Under the pieces are notes generated by a model that saw only the letters and a list, made by a program, of their open reading frames with translations, was not told the DNA's origin and ran no database searches. Position numbers and translations under genes: made by a program. Of a stretch of 64,000 nucleotides of DNA, positions 56,301-64,000 are shown piece by piece. Source of the stretch: Sporopachydermia quercuum (lineage: Eukaryota); assembly GCA_001599295.1 (NCBI GenBank), contig BCGN01000001.1, forward strand, positions 806,001 to 870,000, given 5' to 3'. Position 1 is the stretch's first letter. Each line of letters opens with the position of its first letter.

Positions 56301-58379
56301 TTGGATCACAGCTTGTAAAGTAGGAGCAGAAGAAACTTTCATCAATTCTCTCAAACAAGGGAACGTTTGGTCAACAGAAAGGTTACCAAAGAATGTCAAA
56401 AGCCATTCTGGAGTAAATGCTTCAACATGAACAATTACTCTCTTGAAATCAGCAGTATCGGAATAGTTTTCCAAAGCACGTTGATACAATCCGGCCTTTT
56501 CACATAGCTTTGCAACAGCAGTCTTGTCGTAATGAGTGAAGATGCCGTTTCCAAGAATAGCATCTGCTACTTGCGGCGCATTCAATAAGTTTGTTTCCAA
56601 AAGCCTTGTTTGTAAGTACCCCTGATCAGGACTGTTATCTTTCAAAGCGTCTAACAAGAAAGCAGTACCTTGTTGTACCAAGTTCTGGGATAAGAATACA
56701 TCAGCTATTTGAGCGATATCAAGACTGGCAGCAGTTTGAGGATCCGAGGCCAATTGAGAAGCCAATTCGGCAGCTTTGTCAGAGTTAACCCTGGCAACGT
56801 TTTGAACCAGGTTAGGGTAATCTGGAGTATAGCCCGTCTTTTGACAGTAGGGAAGAATTTTGTCGAATTGACCTAACTCCGCTAAACCTGCAACAACCTT
56901 CATGGGAACAGAAGCTCTAAGGTAAACTGATAGGGCAATGGCAGTATCATAAGGCTTGATAATATCACCAAGTTCTTCTGAAGCCGTGAGTTTGTTTTCA
57001 GAGAGCCATTTTTCCAATAATGCAGTTTTACCTTGTTGCAATAAAGGCTTGACCAATTCTAAAGACTCTTCCTTATTAAGAGAGGCCTTATCAATAAGGA
57101 TGGAGAAATATTGCAACAATGGAGAAATGGTCCCTGGAGGAGCTTGAACAGAGCGTAATCTGTTAATAGTAGCAGTAGTACGAAGAATACCTCTTGGTGA
57201 GGTAGCAGCTACTTTAGCTGCTTCTCCGTAGTTTCCTTGCGCCAAGAAGCTATTAAAGCTTTGCTCATATAAGTTGTCAGCACCGGGAAGACCTTCACCT
57301 CGAGAAGCTAAAGAAAGAGCCAATTGAGTATTAGCAAGCTTCTTGAGAACATGTGGTACCAATTTTGTTTCAGAAATGTTTACTGAAAGAACTTGGCCTC
57401 TCTTGTTGATGGCAATAATACCTTTATGTTCATTGAATGGAGCAGCAGTGAACAAAGGATCAGAAGAGATTCTATTAACAAAGATATTTGTTCCAGTGGC
57501 TAGATCGAAAATATGGATGAACCCAAACTTGGTGAGCATATAAATGATGCCATATCTGTTTGAGATTTGAACTGAAAGAGGGAAATCATCTGGAGCGTTT
57601 GGAGGAAAAAACACTTCGACAGATTTCTTTTCAAATTTGGGATTAGCGGGATCGTGATCAGTTTCAATGATATGTAATTGGCCAGCGCCAGTGGCTAATC
57701 TGTTGACAATAACAAACAATTTTGAGTCGGAAGCGGCATTTTCGAGTCTCAATAAAGCAAAACCAGCAGCGAAACCATCAATTGCTTGAGAGATGTTTCT
57801 ATCGCTATTATAAAGCTGTGTTCGACCAACAATACGGCCATTGGCGTCTTGGGTAATTCCAGTAAGTGCAGTCCACTTTTGATCAGCAGAGGCAACATAA
57901 TTGATGATTTGACAGTTAGTTAAAGTGCTGTGAACAGTCGTGACCTTGATAGGTCCTTTACTTGTATCACCATCGAAAATGTTCCAATGATAAATGGAAG
58001 AGGCAGTGATGAGACCCAAAACAGTGGGGGAAATCCATTTCCAGAACGTCACAGGCTCGTCCATAGTAAAAGATTTGAGAATCGATTTGGTTTCTAATTG
58101 AAATACTTGAATAATAGTACCTTGTGCTCTAACAGCTATCACCAGTTGATCTGGATTGATGATAGCCGAATCAGCGGACATTGATTTCTGTATGACTTTA
58201 TTATCATTTTTTAAATCAACAATTGATACCGAATTATGACCATCAGCACCAGATATACGAGCACAGACATAGTGATCGGATTCTAAGGTACACGATCGGA
58301 AATCAATAGAAGATTGAGGGATCCCCAATTCTGTGAGCACTGCGTGTTCTTGGAATTCAATAGGAATATCGGCATCCAT
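53367..58379 (-). CDS. CHC1: Clathrin heavy chain
   Basis: Start [11 protein letters not shown] (ATG at 58379); [49 protein letters not shown] and [17 protein letters not shown]. Confidence 0.98.
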   Translation of the reverse strand: [1670 protein letters not shown]

Positions 58380-60806
58380 CTTGGAAAACAATCCTCAGAG
58401 TTTTCAGTTGCAGCTTTGCAATTCAACAATTCAGAAAGGATCTTCTGATATTTTCTGTAGTTCCTTAACCGGTGTTTCTTTTATTCAATCAACCAAGCAA
58501 TCAGAGAATCTACTAGATGACCAATTGAGCGTTTAATAACAACAATGAAGTAACAACAGTAACAAATATTATAACAATACTAATTCAATCCATCAGTAGT
58601 TACCATTCGATTACAATACCCTGATTCTTCCAATTCAGTTGTTACTATATTTTTGTTATTTAATTCTAATTATATATACAATACAGATCTTGAAAATCAT
58701 CAATTGTTTGTCTTATTACTTGCTCGTGAGGTTAGTTATCTAACGGCAGGTTTGCTTTACTTCTCGGGGCAAAATTGGACAGCCTGTAAAAAAGGAGACT
58801 AATGATGAGGTAATCTGAAAATAGTAAGTTTATCGGAGAATTGCGGTGTAGACAGGTTGGAGGGAGTGCGAGAGACTGCAGAAATACTGCTGATGAGGTA
58901 AGGGGTATAATGGGACATGAAAGTTGCAAGATGGAGAGTGGGATAATCAATTGTTGGAGGACAGGGAAGGCTATTTAAGTAGATTAATATAGAATCAAGG
59001 GAGAGTATTATTGATAGTATGGTTGGTAGTAGCATTTGCTTGACAATGTGAGGTTTTGGAAAGAATAGCTAGGTTATTCAGATGCAATGTGAAGTATGAA
59101 GATGCTGATTCACATTGCAGATAATGGTGGGCATGAATCAATAATGGTTGATTGTTGGATTGTTCTTGAATAGCGTAGCGTTTTCTGTTGGTGTAGTAGA
59201 ATTAATAATCCTATCTTGGAGAGCAAAAATATTGAACATTATTTAAAGTTTCAATATAACAATCATGATGAAGACGAAGATTAATACGGTTGGTAGGCTC
59301 AACCATCATTTTAAACTCATTTATTCCAATAAAGTATAGTGGAAGCTAGGTTGGAATGGAGGGCCTAGCTAATGATGAGATGAGAAACTTGTTTTACCTT
59401 CTTGCTATTATGTGAAACGATTTTTTGAATGTCTCCCTATGCTTAAAAAGAAATTTGGATCCTTTCCTTACTCTCCTTATCGAACCCTACTCAAGAGATC
59501 ATCTTTTGATCCTATTTTTCAGGAAAGCAGGCTGACAACAACACTGAACGATTTCTCGTAGTAACTCTTTGAATCATTAAATGAGTCCACCAGCAGTAGT
59601 GAAAATATATCCTCTTCTATAAAGTTCCGATAAATGTTATCTTAGACAAGGAACTATCGATTCACCAACATATCTCCCAATTGAGCCAACATTTGGACAC
59701 ACATCTATGATTTCACTTATTGTGTTTCTAGCAAAGTTTCTCAATTGATTCTATACATAGAACGTACATTTTTTCGCTAGAAAAAGTCATAAACGACTGA
59801 TTGTTCAAATACGTGATAATCGTTGTATTTATCATCACGAGGGACTAAGCATCCCTTTCATCCACAATCTACTGTCAGTTATCGTCAGGGTCGAATTAGA
59901 GTCACATCCTTCTGTGTTCTAAAATATGCATTATTCCTGCAAAAAGTGGGGTAAATTTGCGATAGGTGCATCTGCATGCATTCCGTATAGGCAGAAATAT
60001 ATTTCATACCATACAACAAAAATGGTATAAACAATAAACAATTAACAGAAGCGTTGTTACCTTACTAAGAATAGTTGAGAAATGAGCAGGTATTTTTCAG
60101 GGTTGAATAGGAAATACTATTTGTTGTTTCAAGAATGAATAATGTTTCAAATAATCGCCCTTCCTCTCAAACCTTTTACTGACTGATTAACTGTATGCAA
60201 TTGGCATCTTAATGTAGGTAGTTCAATGGGACAATGGAGATTTGCTGACAAACAAGAGAACAATATTGTCTCACACTGTACGGTCAAAAAGCTAGAGAAA
60301 GAATAAGACGTTGTGAAATCAATCAATAAATTACATATTAGTTTCCGGAAAGAAACAGTTAAATAAGTCTAGATCTGACAAGACACTTCTAAGTTACTTT
60401 CATTCAGGAGTGAGTAACGTTTTCAGCAAATAGAATAATTGGCTTTACTCATTCTTAGCTAATGTATTACTTGCCGGGACTATGGCGGTAAGATATTTAA
60501 AGTTTGAAGATGGCTTTTTGACATTCCTTTAAAGCCAAAACGCTAATAAAGTTGAATCAACTGTACTACCAATTTGGGAATTGAGCATCAACTTTAAGCA
60601 TTAAAAGAAAGTCGATTATTCAATGGGAATAGCTACCAATACAGAATGGCAACGAATTTTCTTCATTAAATATAACATCATCGACCAGTCGATTATAGAA
60701 AGCAGTAATTTTATCTTTATCTAGAAAACTTATAATGCATTTGGTTTGCAAGATGAGTTCGCTAAAGTGACTCAAGATTCTGGTTTACAAAAACCACGAA
60801 TCGCTG

Positions 60807-60894
60807 AATCTGCAGCAAATATTAGAGTAGGGAATTAAGAATCAAGCCACTTTGGTTAATTCATAATTCCCTACTCTAATATTTGCTGCAGATT
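60807..60894. repeat. Perfect 31-bp inverted repeat forming an approximately 88-nt hairpin
   Basis: AATCTGCAGCAAATATTAGAGTAGGGAATTA (60807-60837) is the exact reverse complement of 60864-60894; the 26-nt spacer is also partly paired. Confidence 0.95.
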
Positions 60895-63800
60895 TTGAAA
60901 ACATAGAACCGTAAAATAACAATAGAAACTTCCCGTCAAATCAACCTCAGCTGGGAGAGAAAGATTCTTTTGAATCGTATGATATATTTCAGGGAATGCC
61001 AATATTTGTCATCAGAAGCTTCATGTGGTTTCATTGTTTCACAGAAGACAAAGGTCTTCAAATTCGTTCAAGCGGCCTTGTAGCTTCAAATGATGAAATG
61101 CTAGACTTGCGGAAAAGCCAGCAGAAGCATTACTAGTTTTCATAGTTAAGTAGAAGTTAACATACTTGAGTTAAGCTTCTACTATTCATCTTAAGTACTT
61201 ATATATATCATTGGTAGAAACAGTATATCACTGCTTCATACAAGACAGATATAGATAACTTGACTTTTATGCACGATGATATATCCTGGAGGTAAAATAA
61301 TGCTATGGAGTATTCAGATTATAGGACAGAACAATTAAACAGCAATTCCAATATCTTTACCACAATCTTTTAATGAAGAAAACTATTTAGCTTAATTATT
61401 TATAAATCATCGAAAATCATAAGAATTGTTATAGAAAATTGGACATTTATGCTTATTAATTCTGAAAGCCAAATGTTGCTACCCATTCACAAGACAGAAT
61501 AATTGGAAATGAATTCCGATAACTACAACGCCATTCTTCTTTTATCTGAAGTATTAATAACTCAATAACATACAAGAAAATCACTGTTCTTACAAGATTA
61601 TTGCAAATAATTTGGCTTTCATGCATGATAAATAATGCTGGAAGCATAAGATTGCTACCAAGCATACAATTTATATATCAAAGCAATCCAAGATTATCTC
61701 TAGAAATTGCAGGACTTTACTCACTATCCTTGTACTATAACAATAGAAAATTTTACTTTTTGAATTGTTAAATGTCATTGCTATTGAGTAATACAGAAAA
61801 TATTGAGAAGAAGTTCAAATTTCTTTCCATACAACGTTGCTCAAAGCGCATCATCTTCTTTAATTAAAATTTAGAGAAACCTCTTTTCATTGAGCAAGCC
61901 ACGAAAATATCATTAGTTGGTCTGAAATTATTTTGATCTCTTGTGGTCAAGGTATCATTTTATTTCGAACAATTCAGCATTGCGAATATACACAAGATCT
62001 TTCAATACTACCTCGCATGATAAAAATGACACTGTCCAGTTGGATTTCATCTATTCAACGACATAGCTTCAGGGGGTTCATAAATGACACTTTTTGAACT
62101 TTTTTACTTACCGGTAATTATTTTCGATCGCTCTAACTATTTTTTTTCCATATTTTCTAACGAGAGTATTGAATTCTCCTTTACAATTTGTTTATGGGTA
62201 ATAGAATCAGATCAAATAGGTATTTACTAGAATTCATTTGTGAGGAGTAGCCAATTGCCTTGTCAAATGGATTGTTACAGTGGTCTACTAATTGGTTTAA
62301 ATGATTGAAGTAGCTAAGGGGACATACTTATTGAGCCTATTGAACGCTCAGATCTAGTGAACAAATAGTGTAATAATTACTTCAAAGATCATCATACTTT
62401 TAGGATAGAATTAATGTTAACTATCCTTTGTAAAGGAGGTCGGATTTTCATTATTGTTCATGGCACCAAAAATCCCATAATCAAAATACCGGCTGAAAAA
62501 ACTCTGGAACTAAACTATTGAACATGGGGATGTTCACTACCGGATGCTCATCTATTTCTCATCTAAAAAACAAAAGTAAAAGACGTAAACAAAGCACTGC
62601 TTTCTATTTATTTCAAAAATGTTTATATTTGTTTTTCCAAGAACATTTGACAACCTATGAAAATTTCTCCTCCCTGGACTGAATTGTTTCCGCCAAATCA
62701 CATGAAATGAGAATAAAGTTTTCATTTTTCAACCTAACTTACATATATAAAAACGCTCTCTTGGTTAAGTTTTTATGAATAGCAAGTAACCCAAGTATAA
62801 GAAATATACAATGATACTGTTTTTTTCTTTTTTTCCTTCAAGCTCCTTCAATGTGCTATCTTTAACCTGAAGATAGGAACCAATCCATTTTCAACTTCTA
62901 TTTCTGCTTTTTCAAACTTGGTTAATGAACTAATTTCAAGAAGTAGGGAAAACTTACTTACAGTTCAACTAAAAATCAAACTAAATCAGACTAAAATTTG
63001 TCTTGACAGTCAAAGAATTAAACTTTCAAGACCGTTTTGATTATTTTACGATTTCTCACTACCAAATAGCTTTAAATTAGGTTCAACTGCATAAGACCTT
63101 AACTTTAATGATATTTGAAAAGCCTTCGGCTTGGTTCAGCATTTCAATAAGTAATTATGGTACGTAGCAATAAATCAAACAAGAACTAATTATTTTTTAT
63201 TTGATTTGCTTGACTAATCAATTATGTAATTACTGAAAAATTTTGTTGAGTGCCTTGAAATCGACGGTCGTTGAGAGCCAGTGAGGTTAAATAAACAATA
63301 AAGTTTCCCTGTCACATTTTCACACTTTCAATGATGATAATATTTACATCAGTTCATAGTAAAAAAAAAGAATAGAAAAGTAAGCTAAAGTTATGTTAAT
63401 CTAACAACATTATAATATTAGAAGTTGCAAGTTAATCTACAGATTACGAACTAGTCATGAGGGGTTTCGTTGTTGATCACACTGAGCTGCTGATTATTAT
63501 ATCAACCTGTTACAATGAACTTTATGAAATACAGATATTTGAGTCATCGTTGTTTCTCCACAAACTATTCATTTCAATTAAAAGGGTGAAAAATCCGTTT
63601 TTAATTCAATTATTTACTCTCAAGTTCCGATCAAAGCACTCCCAGTCTCTCTAGAGATCCGGAATTTTAGCGTACTTTTGATAGAACCCTCAGAAATTGC
63701 ACTTAGCTAAATCAGTATAAATAATTGGATTTTCCGGTGTCTTCAAGATTTCCGAAGTTCCTACAGTCAGACTTCCTTTTTGCTCCAAGGAGAAAGAGCA

Positions 63801-64000
63801 TGTTTTGAGGAGAGTTGAAGAAAGAGGCTCATTGCCAAATTCAATTATTAGATATTGCTCGCTTTATAAGAGATCTTTACATTTAAACGGTTGCGAATAG
63901 GAATCAGTTCAAGAGAAGAATTTAGTTAACATCTAAAAGTTTCTCTCACCGTTTACCAGTTATTTTTTAAGTTTCCTTGCGCAGTCCGATACCTATTACA

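Noticed and set aside
1..64000. tRNA, rRNA, intact transposons, CRISPR arrays or an alternative CUG code
   Set aside because: I saw no cloverleaf, rRNA, LTR/RT/transposase or repeat-spacer pattern by eye. CTG occurs at conserved Leu positions (e.g. PLD YLKRPP), consistent with the standard code.

Overview
AT-rich nuclear DNA from an intron-containing budding yeast, probably an early-branching Saccharomycotina lineage. Conserved Leu positions encoded by CTG suggest the standard genetic code. The window holds 24 protein-coding genes: RPL13 (3' end), RPP1, SIP5, an unknown membrane protein, HAC1, APL3, a PLPBP/YBL036C homolog, IST2/TMEM16, POL12, LHP1, TES1, an Snf1 beta subunit, RVS161, GTF1, PCP1, MRD1, a MUM3-like acyltransferase, RNA1, a PX/PH-less phospholipase D, MBF1, TRS65, an OCRL-like 5-phosphatase, MRPS35 and CHC1. 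I reconstructed nine spliceosomal introns by hand, which corrects several ORF-track models. The most notable signals are at RNA level: (1) HAC1 has a 20-nt Ire1-type intron and an intact 3' bipartite targeting element; (2) the MRPS35 intron carries a probable box C/D snoRNA with two adjacent LSU-rRNA antisense elements; (3) both introns of the MUM3-like gene combine weak splice signals with Mer1-enhancer-like octamers, suggesting a meiotic splicing switch; (4) the RPP1 intron has two branch points and a hairpin copying exon sequence; (5) a perfect 31-bp inverted repeat lies in a gene-free terminal region of more than 5.6 kb. All gene names come from recalled motifs and synteny; no database searches were run.
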